Shown here in pieces: positions 26,073 to 36,659 of a DNA stretch of 64,000 nucleotides (positions within the stretch are counted from its first letter, which is position 1; every line of letters begins with the position of its first letter). Below the pieces are notes generated by a model. That model had not been told where the DNA came from and searched no databases. It worked only from the letters and a program-made list of their open reading frames with translations. Location of the stretch: sequence record ON470615.2; one strand, given 5' to 3'. This DNA is from Escherichia phage vB_EcoM-673R5. A program made the translations under genes and the position numbers.

Positions 26073-27630
26073 TTCTGCACCTCGCAGCCTTCAATTTCAG
26101 CCACAATCGCATCAATATCTTTGCGCAACTGGTCGATTTTGCTGACCGTGGTTTTCAGCTCAGCATTCAGCTCAGCGATATCGATAATTTCGCGAGTATC
26201 TTTCGCTTCCACATAGCTGCTCACCGACAGGTTATAGTCATTCGCGACAACAGTCTCAAACGCAACAGATTTCGCCAGATGAGCAACATCTTCCTTGCTG
26301 GCAAATACCTGCATAATTTTTTCGATATGGGCATCGGTCAGGATGTTGTTGTTAGTCTCTTTTTTGAACAGTTCGCTGGCGTCAATAAACTGAACTTTGG
26401 TATCCGTTTTATGTTTAGACAGAACCAGAATGTTTACGGCAATGGTGGTGCCAAAGAACAGGTTCGGAGCCAGTGAAATCACGGTTTCGACATAGTTATT
26501 ATCGACCAGATACTGACGGATTTTCTGCTCCGCGCCGCCACGGTAAAAAATGCCTGGGAAGCAGACAATCGCAGCGCGACCTTTGGCCGAAAGATAGTTC
26601 AGCGCATGTAATACAAACGCAAAGTCAGCTTTGGATTTGGGGGCCAGAACGCCAGCCGGGGCAAAACGTTCATCGTTAATCAGCGTCGGGTCATCGCTGC
26701 CAATCCATTTCACCGAATACGGCGGGTTAGAAACGATGGCATCAAACGGTTTTTCATCTCTGAAGTGCGGCTCAGTCAGTGTATTACCCAGCTTGATATC
26801 AAACTTGTCGTAGTTGATGTTGTGCAAAAACATGTTCATACGCGCCAGGTTATAGGTCGTATGGTTGATTTCCTGACCAAAAAAACCTTCTTCGATGATA
26901 TGGTCATCAAACTGTTTTTTAGCCTGCAACAACAGCGAACCGGAGCCTGCTGCCGGGTCGTAGATTTTGTTAACGTGGGTCTGCCCGTGCATAGCCAGTT
27001 GTGCAATCAGCTTAGAGACGTGCTGCGGTGTAAAGAACTCGCCGCCTGACTTACCGGCATTCGCCGCATAGTTAGAAATCAGGAACTCATAGGCGTCACC
27101 GAACAGGTCAATCTGATGTTCGTGGAAGTCACCAAGTTTTAACCCTTCAACCCCTTTCAGAACCGCAGCCAGGCGGGCATTTTTATCCTTAACGGTATTC
27201 CCAGGCGGTTACTGGTTGTATCGAAATCAGCAAACAAACCTTTGATGTCAGCTTCTGAAGGATAACCGTAAGCAGAACTTTCGATAGCAACGAAGATGCT
27301 GTTTAAATCCGCATTCAGTCTGTCATTGGTATTTGCTTTCGCCGCTACGTTGCAGAAAAGCTGACTGGGGTAGATGAAGTAACCTTTGGTTTTGATGGCA
27401 TCGTCTTTAATGTCATCAGTAATTACGCTGTCATCCAGTTTCGCATAACAGATACTGTCATCACCGGCTTCAATATAGCTGGAAAAATTTTCGCTGATAA
27501 AACGGTAAAAAAGCGCGCCCAAAACGTACTGCTTAAAATCCCATCCATCGACTGAACCCCTGACATCGTTAGCAATTTGCCAGATCTGGCGATGAAGCTC
27601 TGCACGTTGTTGAATACTTGTCATTTTCAT
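26069..27630 (-). CDS. hsdM: type I R-M methyltransferase subunit; frameshifts near 27000-27190
   Basis: N-terminus [25 protein letters not shown]; C-terminal fragment with AdoMet motifs ([15 protein letters not shown]). ATGA overlap with hsdS. Confidence 0.85.
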
Positions 27631-27805
27631 CCACTTATTTCAGGTTTAAGTAATTGGATGTGATTCTACAGCACTTGGATGCTTTAGCAGTTCGGACATT
27701 AGGCTACGAATGACCTGCCTAGAGGTTTGTTAAGCCGCAAAGTGCTGGTGCTTTATGCCTGTGAAGTTTATAATTGTGTACACATAACGAGTACACGAGG
27801 TATTT

Positions 27806-28027
27806 ATGCAATCCATTAACTTCCGTACCGCGCGCGGCAACCTTTCTGAAGTGCTCAACAATGTTGAGGCCGGGGAAGAGGTTGAAATCACCCGCAGAGG
27901 CCGTGAGCCAGCAGTAATTGTCAGCAAGGCTACTTTCGAAGCCTACAAAAAGCGGCGCTGGATGCTGAATTTGCATCCCTGTTTGACACCCTGGACTCCA
28001 CCAACAAGGAACTGGTTAACCGATAAT
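27806..28027 (+). CDS. phd: Phd antitoxin; one frameshift near 27946
   Basis: [49 protein letters not shown], then [24 protein letters not shown] in the adjacent frame. Junction at tacaaaaagcgg. Confidence 0.85.
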
Positions 28028-28406
28028 GAGGCATATATCACCGGAAGAACTTATTGCGCTTCATGATGCGAATATAAGCCGCTACGGCGGCCTGCCGGGA
28101 ATGTCAGATCCGGGTAGGGCAGAGGCCATTATCGGGAGAGTTCAGGCCAGAGTTGCCTACGAAGAGATCACCGACCTTTTCGAAGTCTCCGCCACCTACC
28201 TGGTGGCTACAGCGAGAGGGCATATATTCAATGATGCCAATAAGCGTACCGCGCTAAACAGTGCGCTGCTATTTCTACGCCGTAACGGGGTGCAGGTATT
28301 TGATTCACCAGAACTGGCAGACCTTACCGTAGGGGCTGCGACCGGAGAGATATCTGTATCTTCTGTCGCCGACACGTTACGTAGATTGTATGGTTCCGCG
28401 GAGTAG
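28026..28406 (+). CDS. doc: Doc toxin (Fic-fold kinase)
   Basis: 126 aa intact ([25 protein letters not shown]...[12 protein letters not shown]). ATG overlaps the phd stop. Confidence 0.9.
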
Positions 28407-28410
28407 ATTA

Positions 28411-28590
28411 ATGGCACGTAAATACAACAAATTGTCCCGTGAAGCGTTAAAGATGCTTCTTGATGGCGTGAGTCGCCGCGAGGTAAAGCAATACCTGGTT
28501 GGTAAGCAAATTGGTGCTAGGACCGCTATTGCTGTGTTATGCCGTCAGGAAATGGTTGTGCTTAAACAGAGAATGCCGGGCAGCAGATAA
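28411..28590 (+). CDS. small protein downstream of doc (pdcA-like)
   Basis: ATG 28411 within track ORF 28390-28590. Confidence 0.4.
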   Translation: MARKYNKLSREALKMLLDGVSRREVKQYLVGKQIGARTAIAVLCRQEMVVLKQRMPGSR

Positions 28591-28617
28591 AGCCCAATCA
28601 GTGATGAAAGGTGTGAT

Positions 28618-29661
28618 GTGAAAGCCGTAATTACTCCCTTTGTACAAAAAGAGCTTGGCGTCGCCACATTCAAAGTGGATCAGGAAGTCAGAAAGCTGGT
28701 GGAGGCTGGCCGTAAATTTATTATGGAGCCGGTGCCGCGTGAGTTAATCGAGCACATGGACGACGGCCTCGTTGTTTCCGAGCAAACTATGGCAACAAAT
28801 GAGGCGTTGCAGCCGTTTTTTAACAGCGATGAACTGTTTCGCCGTATTGGTGGAATTGACGCGCTGGTGGCGTGGTTGCGCAGGAAAGAGGGGCAATGCC
28901 AGGCCGCAGATCGTAGCTGGTGTGACAACCATATTGTCCACGCAGAACGAGACAATAGCGCGGTGTTGTTGTGCTGGCATCACGATAACCATTACCGGAT
29001 GCGTGGTTTTAATGAGCTGAAAGAAACGCTGCATAATAATCGCGTTAACTGGATACTGGATGTCGCCCGTCAGGAAATGGGGCTTTCAGATGGCCATGTT
29101 CTAAGTATTCAGGAACTGTGCTGGTGGGCTTTCATGCGCAACATGATGCACCTGATGCCTGAAGAAGTTTGCCGTATATCAATAAATAAGATGAAAGCCG
29201 CAACGCAGGATAGCGGACCTCTGAAAGAGGCGGATATTCGCCCGTATGACGATCGCGCTACAGCATATGTTCAGATGATGGAAGAACGCGCCGCGCCGAT
29301 GCGTGCAAAAGTATGCCCTGTGGATGTTGACTCCGACCCTGGCATGGCGCATTTCAAAATACCAAAACTGCAATCGCTAAAATTACCTGAGTACATGGAC
29401 TTTGTTGCTTCCCGTCCATGCTGTGGGTGTGGAGCGGCGGGAGCTGGCGCTCACATTACGCCTTATATCGTTCGTCATAGTCGATTATGCGCGCATGACA
29501 TTTACGCAATTCCTCTGTGCCAGTCATGCCAGCGTGATATTGAGCGTGACCGCGATAATTGGGAGAAGACGCACGGCAGGCTGGCGATGCATCAACGATT
29601 GTTCTTTGATTACGCGCTTGGAGTCGGCGCTATCACAAGTCACTCGTCGAGCGTTAGATAA
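28618..29661 (+). CDS. Cys-rich protein downstream of doc (pdcB-like), 347 aa
   Basis: Intact ORF from GTG; [12 protein letters not shown] and PLCQSCQRD clusters. Confidence 0.5.
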   Translation: MKAVITPFVQKELGVATFKVDQEVRKLVEAGRKFIMEPVPRELIEHMDDGLVVSEQTMATNEALQPFFNSDELFRRIGGIDALVAWLRRKEGQCQAADRSWCDNHIVHAERDNSAVLLCWHHDNHYRMRGFNELKETLHNNRVNWILDVARQEMGLSDGHVLSIQELCWWAFMRNMMHLMPEEVCRISINKMKAATQDSGPLKEADIRPYDDRATAYVQMMEERAAPMRAKVCPVDVDSDPGMAHFKIPKLQSLKLPEYMDFVASRPCCGCGAAGAGAHITPYIVRHSRLCAHDIYAIPLCQSCQRDIERDRDNWEKTHGRLAMHQRLFFDYALGVGAITSHSSSVR

Positions 29662-29662
29662 A

Positions 29663-29679
29663 ATTGCTCTAATGTATTG
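29663..29679 (+). promoter_or_regulatory. C1 operator-like site upstream of lpa
   Basis: ATTGCTCTAATgtATTg; first 11 positions match consensus. Confidence 0.5.
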
Positions 29680-29779
29680 CTATTTCTTTAATCGATGGTA
29701 TTATATTCGTCGTTGATTAGTTGACATGGGCTAATCAGTAGGTGACAGGATGTTACTTAACTGGCAGGGACGCCACTTC

Positions 29780-30202
29780 ATGGAAATAAATCACTCACGA
29801 ATTACATCGTATGAGATTGCGGATTACATGATTCGCACTAAATCTCTTCTATCAGCGAAAGAACTCGCAGCAATCCTTGAAAAGGAATACCCGCATCTGG
29901 ATGTCGATAAGCGCGATGTTTATCTGCGCTTAAAGGCTATCGCTGTGTCTAAGTATTCGTCTGTTTTGATTGATGACAGTACACGCCCACGTAGATTTCA
30001 GATCCACTCTCTGAATCCTGAATTCTTTCGCCGTAGCCGCGCTCCGCGCCGGTTTGATGAAAAACTCCAGAACGAACTCTATATGACGCAGGACGAAAAG
30101 GAACGCCGGGAGCACCAGCCTTGGGTAATGGCGCGTCAACTTTTCAATAAGGTGGCCCGTCAGCACCGTCATTACGGTAATGCCACATCCGCACGTATCT
30201 GA
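29780..30202 (+). CDS. lpa: late promoter activator
   Basis: MEINHSRITSYEIADYMIRTKSLLSAKELAAILEKEYPHLDVDKRDVYLRL; position immediately upstream of pacA. Confidence 0.7.
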   Translation: MEINHSRITSYEIADYMIRTKSLLSAKELAAILEKEYPHLDVDKRDVYLRLKAIAVSKYSSVLIDDSTRPRRFQIHSLNPEFFRRSRAPRRFDEKLQNELYMTQDEKERREHQPWVMARQLFNKVARQHRHYGNATSARI

Positions 30203-30287
30203 TTGATTGCTTGCCCGTTCCGGGCCTTTTGACATGTGACTTTCGTTACCCTCGCGTCAAAAAGAGTTTTTACGAAAGGAAGCATAA

Positions 30288-31479
30288 GTGACCTGGGACG
30301 ATCACAAGAAGAATTTTGCTCGCCTGGCGCGAGATGGTGGTTACACCATCGCACAGTATGCCGCCGAGTTTAATCTTAACCCTAATACTGCACGTCGTTA
30401 TCTCCGTGCCTTCAAAGAAGACACCAGGACAGCGGACAGCCGCAAGCCAAATAAACCAGTCAGGAAGCCACTAAAAAGCATGATCATTGATCACTCTAAT
30501 GATCAACATGCAGGTGATCACATTGCGGATGAAATAGCGGAAAAACAAAGGGTTAATGCCGTTATCAGTGCCGCAGTCGAGAATGCGAAGCGCCAAAATA
30601 AGCGTATAAATGATCGTTCTGATGATCATGACGTGATCACCCGCGCCCACCGGACCTTACGTGATCGCCTGGAACGCGACACCTGGATGATGATGGTGAA
30701 CGCTTTGAATTCGAAGCTGGCGATTACCTGATAGATAACGTTGAAGCGCGGAAGGCCGCTCGCGCTATGTTGCGTCGGTCCGGGGCCGATGTTCTGGAAA
30801 CCACTCTTCTGGAAAAGTCTCTTTCTCATCTCCTTATGCTGGAGAACGCCAGGATACGTGTATTCGTCTGGTGCAGGAAATGCGCGATCAGCAAAAAGAC
30901 GATGATGAAGGGACTCCGCCTGAATATCGTATCGCGAGCATGCTAAACAGCTGTTCCGCGCAGATAAGCAGCCTGATCAACACCATTTACAGCATCCGGA
31001 ATAACTATCGAAAAGAAAGCCGGGAGGCGGAAAAGCACGCTTTATCTATGGGGCAAGCTGGCATTGTTAAGCTGGCATACGAACGAAAGCGTGAAAATAA
31101 CTGGTCAGTGCTGGAAGCAGCTGAATTCATCGAGGCGCATGGCGGAAAAGTGCCGCCCCTGATGCTGGAGCAAATCAAAGCCGATCTGCGTGCTCCTAAG
31201 ACCAATACCGATGATGAGGAAAGGCAAACAGCCGTCGGTGGCCCTTCTCTTGAAGATCTGGACAAAGTTGCGCGAGAACGGGCCGCCAACCGCCGCGCCG
31301 ATGCCGCATTGTGGATTGAGCAGCGTAGGGAAGAAATCGCCGATATCGTTGATACAGGCGGTTATGGAGATGTTGATACTGAAGGTGTATCAAACGACCC
31401 ATGGCTGGAACAAGACCTGGACGAAGACGAGGAGGAAGACGAAGAAGTTACCCGCAAGCTATACGGGGATGATGATTAA
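30288..31479 (+). CDS. pacA: terminase small/pac-recognition subunit; frameshift near 30730-30870
   Basis: GTG start after AAGGAAG; contains the pac site. Two fragments sum to about 397 codons. Confidence 0.8.
30481..30638 (+). other. pac packaging site: 4 + 3 TGATCA/G hexamers with GATC Dam sites
   Basis: TGATCA at 30481, 30488, 30500, 30515; TGATCG/TGATCA at 30610, 30622, 30633. Confidence 0.85.
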
Positions 31480-32963
31480 TGGCCAGAAGTTGCGTAACGG
31501 ATCCACGTTGGCGCGAGCTGGTGGCGCTATATCGTTATGACTGGATTGCTGCCGCTGATGTTTTGTTCGGCAAAACACCTACCTGGCAGCAGGATCTGAT
31601 TATTGAGTCTGTGCAGGAACAGGGTAGCAAGACATCTGTTTCGTCTGGTCACGGTACCGGGAAATCAGACATGACTTCTATCATGATCATGTTGTTCATA
31701 ATCATGTATCCCGGTGCCCGCGCCATTATCGTTGCGAACAAAATTCAGCAGGTAATGACCGGTATATTCAAGTACATCAAGATAAACTGGGCTACTGCCA
31801 CCAGCCGTTTTCCATGGCTTGCTGATTATTTTGTTCTGACAGAAACCGCTTTCTATGAGGTTACTGGTAAAGGTGTATGGACTGTAGTACCGAAGGGCTT
31901 TCGTCTGGGAAGTGAAGAAGCTCTCGCCGGTGAACACGCAGATCATCTTCTGTATATTATCGATGAAGCCTCCGGTGTCAGTGATAGAGCTTTCGGTATC
32001 ATCACCGGTGCTCTTACCGGACAGGATAACCGCATCTTATTGCTGTCACAGCCTACACGCCCAAGCGGCTATTTCTACGATACACACCATAAACTGGCCA
32101 AGCGTCCTGGTAACCCTGATGGCGTTTATACGGCGATCACGCTTAACAGTGAGGAATCACCGTTGGTAACGCCAGCATTTATCAAAATGAAGCTGGCGGA
32201 GTACGGCGGGCGTGATAACCCTATGTACATGATTAAGGTACGCGGCCTATTCCCTAAATCACAGGATGGCTTCCTTCTTGGACGTGATGAGGTTGAACGT
32301 GCAACGCGGCGGAAAGTCAAGATTGCCAAAGGATGGGGCTGGCTTGCATGTGTGGACGTTGCTGGTGGTACGGGACGGGATAAGTCCGTTATCAATATCA
32401 TGATGGTGTCCGGCCAGCGAAATAAACGCCGTGTAATCAACTATCGAATGCTGGAATACACAGACGTTACAGAAACGCAGCTTGCCGCCAAAATTTTCGC
32501 AGAATGTAATCCTGAGCGATTCCCAAATATCACCATAGCGATAGACGGCGATGGCCTGGGTAAAGCAACGGCGGATCTGATGTACGAGTATTATGGTATT
32601 ACCGTACAGCGTATACGCTGGGGTAAAAAGATGCATAGCCGTGAAGATAAGAGCCTGTACTTTGATAAACGTGCTTATGCCAACGTTCAAGCCGCAGAGG
32701 CCGTAAAATCTGGTCGTATGAGACTGGATAAGGGTAATGAAACTATTGAGGAAGCGTCGAAAATCCCTGTAGGGATTAACTCCGCAGGTCAATGGAAGGT
32801 GATGAGTAAGGAGGATATGAAGAAAAAACTCAACCTGCACTCACCAGACCATTGGGATACATATTGTTTCGCTATGCTGGCGGATTATGTTCCCCAGGAT
32901 GAAGTGCTTAGCGTCGAAGACGAAGCGCAGGTTGATGAAGCTCTGGCATGGCTTAATGAATGA
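31479..32963 (+). CDS. pacB: terminase large subunit
   Basis: 494 aa intact; ATG overlaps the pacA stop; ATPase-like GHGTGKS and [10 protein letters not shown]. Confidence 0.85.
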   Translation: MARSCVTDPRWRELVALYRYDWIAAADVLFGKTPTWQQDLIIESVQEQGSKTSVSSGHGTGKSDMTSIMIMLFIIMYPGARAIIVANKIQQVMTGIFKYIKINWATATSRFPWLADYFVLTETAFYEVTGKGVWTVVPKGFRLGSEEALAGEHADHLLYIIDEASGVSDRAFGIITGALTGQDNRILLLSQPTRPSGYFYDTHHKLAKRPGNPDGVYTAITLNSEESPLVTPAFIKMKLAEYGGRDNPMYMIKVRGLFPKSQDGFLLGRDEVERATRRKVKIAKGWGWLACVDVAGGTGRDKSVINIMMVSGQRNKRRVINYRMLEYTDVTETQLAAKIFAECNPERFPNITIAIDGDGLGKATADLMYEYYGITVQRIRWGKKMHSREDKSLYFDKRAYANVQAAEAVKSGRMRLDKGNETIEEASKIPVGINSAGQWKVMSKEDMKKKLNLHSPDHWDTYCFAMLADYVPQDEVLSVEDEAQVDEALAWLNE

Positions 32964-32965
32964 AT

Positions 32966-32983
32966 ATTTGCTCTAATAAATTG
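32966..32983 (+). promoter_or_regulatory. C1 operator (TTTGCTCTAATAAATTG) just after pacB
   Basis: 15/17 consensus match. Confidence 0.55.
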
Positions 32984-33112
32984 TGTTTTTTAACTACCGA
33001 TGTTACATTGAGCCTGACCTCTTGCGCCTTGAGGCATTTTCGGTTTATGCTTATCAGGCACCTCATTAAAACGGGTGCCGGGATTGGCCTCCGCTTAAGT
33101 CTAAGGCGATAC

Positions 33113-33136
33113 AGACGCCGCTCGCGTCTTTTTTGT
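33113..33136 (+). terminator. intrinsic terminator; possible 3' end of a c4-like antisense RNA
   Basis: agacgc-cgctc-gcgtct then TTTTTT. Confidence 0.45.
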
Positions 33137-33299
33137 ATCGGCGTACACGCACACCTCTACAATGGTGGGCTGTATGGGGCTACCTTCGGGTAGGCTGGTT
33201 ACCTTGGACGCCAGTAAGGCCAACTCCGTACAGTCCACCGCCAGCAAGATTGGTCTCTTCTGCGGTGGTTACATACCAACGTCTAAGGAGGCTGCCAAT

Positions 33300-33521
33300 A
33301 TGGCTACTATCCCTACCCCAACTCATCCTGAATTTATCTGGCGCTTTTACTCCTGCCAAAAACGTCACTATCACTTCGTTATTGCACCGACAGAAGATGA
33401 GGCCCGCTCTCAGCTTCCTGACGCCCCATGTATTTTCTCTGCCCGTTTTTCCACTGATTCACGCAATTCTCTCAGTTACTGGTGCCTCCCTGTTAACGCT
33501 TCTGCTCAGGAGGGACTATGA
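33300..33521 (+). CDS. icd: Icd-like small protein, 73 aa
   Basis: AAGGAGG 9 nt before ATG; FIWRF...VIAPTEDEAR pattern; stop overlaps the ant start. Recall-based assignment. Confidence 0.45.
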   Translation: MATIPTPTHPEFIWRFYSCQKRHYHFVIAPTEDEARSQLPDAPCIFSARFSTDSRNSLSYWCLPVNASAQEGL

Positions 33522-34635
33522 GAACGTCATTAGTCACCCGTGAAGAGATGATCGAGGCAATTGAACAGCACACTGCCTGTATCAGTACCAGGGATATACC
33601 AAGCGTTATTGCCAACTACTTCATGATCACCAAACAACTTTACCGGAGAAAGGACAAGAACGCGGTTCACCGTATCCTGTTGTCTGATATCCGCGAATAC
33701 CTGCTCGAACAGGGTCATCTGAATTACGCAACCGCCGCAGCCGAAGCACGCAAGGAGGCACACAGAATGAAAGCAACTAACGTTAAATCAGAAAAAATTC
33801 ATGCACCTTCAGTTCAAGAATCGGAGCTGGTGGTTGTTCAGAATCAGTCTGATGAAATTCCCGTTCTGGAATGGCAGGGAGTGCGTGTAGTGACAACCGA
33901 GACTCTTGCTAGAGGGTATGGGACAGAAACAATCCGTATTCGCCAAAATCATCATGAGAACAAAGTACGCTTTGTTGAAGGGAAGCACTTTTTCAAAGTT
34001 GAAGGAGAATCATTGCGCGAGTTGAAGCACAGAGTAGCTTTAAACTACTCTGTAAAAATTGCTCGCAATGTTCGCTCACTCACCCTCTGGACAGAACGCG
34101 GCGCAGCCGCCACGCTAAAATGCTCGAAACCGATCAGGCATGGGCATTCTTTGAAAAACTGGAAGACAGCTACTTCCGACAAAAAGAACAGCAACCGATC
34201 GCAATCCCCCAGACGCTTCCTGAAGCCCTACGCCTGGCTGCCGAACTGGCTGAACAAAAGCAACTTCTGGAACAGAAAGCCCACCAGCTAAATCAGCAGC
34301 TGGTGGCCGCCGCTCCTAAAGTCGATTTTGCCGACCGGGTATCAGTAGCTAAAGGGATCCTGATTGGGAATTTTGCAAAGGTTGTTGGACTTAAACAAAA
34401 CGCGCTGTTTGTCTGGTTACGGGAGAACGGCATCCTGATAGCGTCCGGTGGACGTAAAAATGTGCCGTTCCAGCAGTACATCAACGCGGGGTATTTCACG
34501 GTGAAAGAAGTGGTGCTGGATGATGAAGATGGCTACCAGATACGGTTGACGCCTCAATTAACGGGTAAAGGCCAGCAGTGGTTGACGCGTAAACTGCTCG
34601 ATGCTGGCTTGTTAAAACCGGTGGCGGCTGAATAA
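33518..34635 (+). CDS. ant: antirepressor (Ant-like, KilAC-type C-terminal domain); frameshift near 34120-34290
   Basis: N-terminal WQGVRVVTTETLARGYG...KVRFVEGKHFFKVEGESLREL; C-terminal GILIGNFAKVVGLKQNALFVWLRENGIL...FQQYINAGYFTVKEV. Confidence 0.6.
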
Positions 34636-34650
34636 TGGAAGAATGCCCGG

Positions 34651-34675
34651 TTGATGCCGGGCATAATTTATTGCG
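34651..34675. terminator. bidirectional hairpin between ant and c1
   Basis: atgcccgg-ttgat-gccgggcat. Confidence 0.45.
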
Positions 34676-34693
34676 CGCTTTCGGGGTTGTCGT

Positions 34694-35517
34694 TTACTGG
34701 CTGCCCCTTCTTGGTTTTACGGCTGCGCGTAACTGATGCGGCTGACTTAACCTTTTTCTCTTCGCGAGTGATGGCAATTTGTTTTTTACATTTTCAATAT
34801 CTGCCAGGCGATATATTTTTGCTTGCGGCCAGCGGTCGCAGATGATCGGTTCTATGGAGTCATAAAGGCTAAATTTTGCTTTTTCGAATTCACCGTTGAT
34901 GATAATTCCATCACGAGAGAGTTTCATCGCAGATAAACACGCCACACAGTGGCACATGGTAACTAACTGATTTACCATCATTGTAGTTAGGGCTACTGGA
35001 AATGTAGTGGACGCGCAGCATTGTTTCGCTAAAGCCGTGTACGCGCATACGGAATTTTTCATCCTCCGGGTACTGCTTCATTAGCTCTTTTGTTGCTTCC
35101 AGGTTCTCTATGTATTTCGCACTGTGCTCATTGATCCCCGCGCTTTTTGGATGCGAATGTCCTTATCAATCAGATGAATAATGCGGCCAGCGGTCATGTT
35201 GACGCTGTTCACAGCTTCTGTCTGATAAGTTGTAACCTTACGCACACCGCGAAGGATGTTAGGCACTGGATATAAAATAGTCTTTGGGATATTGAGGTCT
35301 GGGTACTGTTCCAGTTCCCGCGCCATTAAAGTCCATTTATCAATTTCAGCCTGAATGCTGTCAGTTTCTTTGAACGGTAGAACGACAACCGGGCGTACAG
35401 GACGACCGTCGCTGGCTGTATCAACGTGTTGGGCGCGTGCAACAGCTTTTTTAGAAAGAGATCCCTGAAGCTGACGAACTCCTGGTACAGTTGTTCGCCG
35501 TAGACATAATTTATCAT
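34694..35517 (-). CDS. c1: C1 immunity repressor; at least two frameshifts
   Basis: Starts MINYVYGEQLYQEFVSFRDLFLKK; later fragments MARELEQYPDLNIPKTILYPVPNILRGVRKVTTYQTEAVNSV and DGIIINGEFEKAKFSLYDSIEPIICDRWPQAKIYRLADIENV. Confidence 0.8.
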
Positions 35518-35610
35518 TGATCCTCCTCCAGAATTGACATGGTCAATAACGCCCGGCTGAGAAAACCGGTCATTACTGACCTATATTATAGAGGATCAAA
35601 CAAAAATAAT

Positions 35611-35627
35611 AGATTTATTAGTGCATT
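35611..35627 (-). promoter_or_regulatory. C1 operator-like site between c1 and coi (AATGCACTAATAAATCT on minus strand)
   Basis: Reverse complement of agatttattagtgcatt. Confidence 0.5.
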
Positions 35628-35836
35628 TATTGTGAGTCTAACTGGTTAGTTGCCATGAGATATTCGATTGTGTCAGTGAGGTCATCCAAGTCGTCTTGGG
35701 TGATGCGGTACTCCTGATTGGATATCTTTGAGTAGTGTTCAGCAATGGCGCGGGCAGCGTCGGTTTCGGCAGGGTCTACAGATAAAGCGTTAGAGCAATG
35801 TCTAACGTCGTCGATGGTTGGTTGAATGAAAGCCAT
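35627..35836 (-). CDS. coi: C1 inactivator
   Basis: 69 aa intact ORF immediately upstream of c1 on the same strand; length matches P1 Coi. Confidence 0.6.
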   Translation of the reverse strand: MAFIQPTIDDVRHCSNALSVDPAETDAARAIAEHYSKISNQEYRITQDDLDDLTDTIEYLMATNQLDSQ

Positions 35837-36075
35837 AATTATGCCTCACTGTATTGACAACACAGAGCCTGAAGCTCTGACCTACTGTTTCACCCATGAT
35901 CCATGCTGGGGTAATCTAACAACATTGCGCTGTGTGTAAGATGAGCAATGCATAGCTGTAATGCCGTTGTATAAGGTTTCCCTGTTTGCTCATTTCCTTC
36001 TGAGCCGCTCTACAACGCTGAAGACACATTAAATAGTGAATCCAAAGTCGTATTACGTAACGGCGGCAAAACTAT

Positions 36076-36092
36076 AATTTATTAGAGCAATT
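36076..36092 (-). promoter_or_regulatory. C1 operator (minus orientation)
   Basis: aatttattagagcaat is the reverse complement of ATTGCTCTAATAAATT. Confidence 0.6.
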
Positions 36093-36155
36093 GTCAAACA
36101 ACTATGAAAAACAATCCAGTTTTTAGCTGGTGGAGTGGGATTTTTCTCCAAATTT

Positions 36156-36172
36156 ATTGCTCTAATAATTCT
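36156..36172 (+). promoter_or_regulatory. C1 operator (ATTGCTCTAATAATTCT)
   Basis: First 13 positions match consensus; about 45 bp from loxP. Confidence 0.6.
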
Positions 36173-36215
36173 TGATTTTTGTGCGCAGCTGGACGTAAAC
36201 TCCTCTTCGGACCTG

Positions 36216-36249
36216 ATAACTTCGTATAGCATACATTATACGAAGTTAT
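36216..36249 (+). other. loxP site
   Basis: ATAACTTCGTATA-GCATACAT-TATACGAAGTTAT, exact 13-8-13 structure. Confidence 0.97.
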
Positions 36250-36430
36250 CTTAAGGGTTATTGAACATGATCAATTTACCTGTAAATCCATACAGTTCAA
36301 TACCTTATCAGGTCAAATAGTGATCATTTGATCAAGGTTGCGCTACGTAAAATCTGCGAAATGTTGGCAGTGTTAGTGCTCCAGATTTCGCGTAGCGCAC
36401 TTAGCACCACCAATCAATCAGAGGTGAAAA

Positions 36431-36652
36431 ATGGGATATTCAGCTGCTAAAGTGTCCACTCATCTTGAGCTTGAGAAAAACCGTGGTTACTGGCGGGCAA
36501 AAGGGTTTGATCGTGATAGTTGTCAACTGTCATTATCGCGCGGTGAAGAGAAAATAGAACGCACGCGCGGTCGCTGGCGTTTCTATGACGAGAACCATAA
36601 ACAGGTAAAGGCAGAGCCGATCCTGTACACTTTACTTAAAACCATTATCTGA
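36431..36652 (+). CDS. hypothetical small basic protein, 73 aa, upstream of cre
   Basis: AGGTG 8 nt before ATG; stop 8 nt before the cre ATG. Confidence 0.35.
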   Translation: MGYSAAKVSTHLELEKNRGYWRAKGFDRDSCQLSLSRGEEKIERTRGRWRFYDENHKQVKAEPILYTLLKTII

Positions 36653-36659
36653 GTGTTAA

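Noticed and set aside
30481-30638. Clustered TGATCA repeats as a possible repeat array or iteron set
   Set aside because: Arrangement (4 + 3 hexamers with GATC, inside pacA) is the classical P1 pac site.
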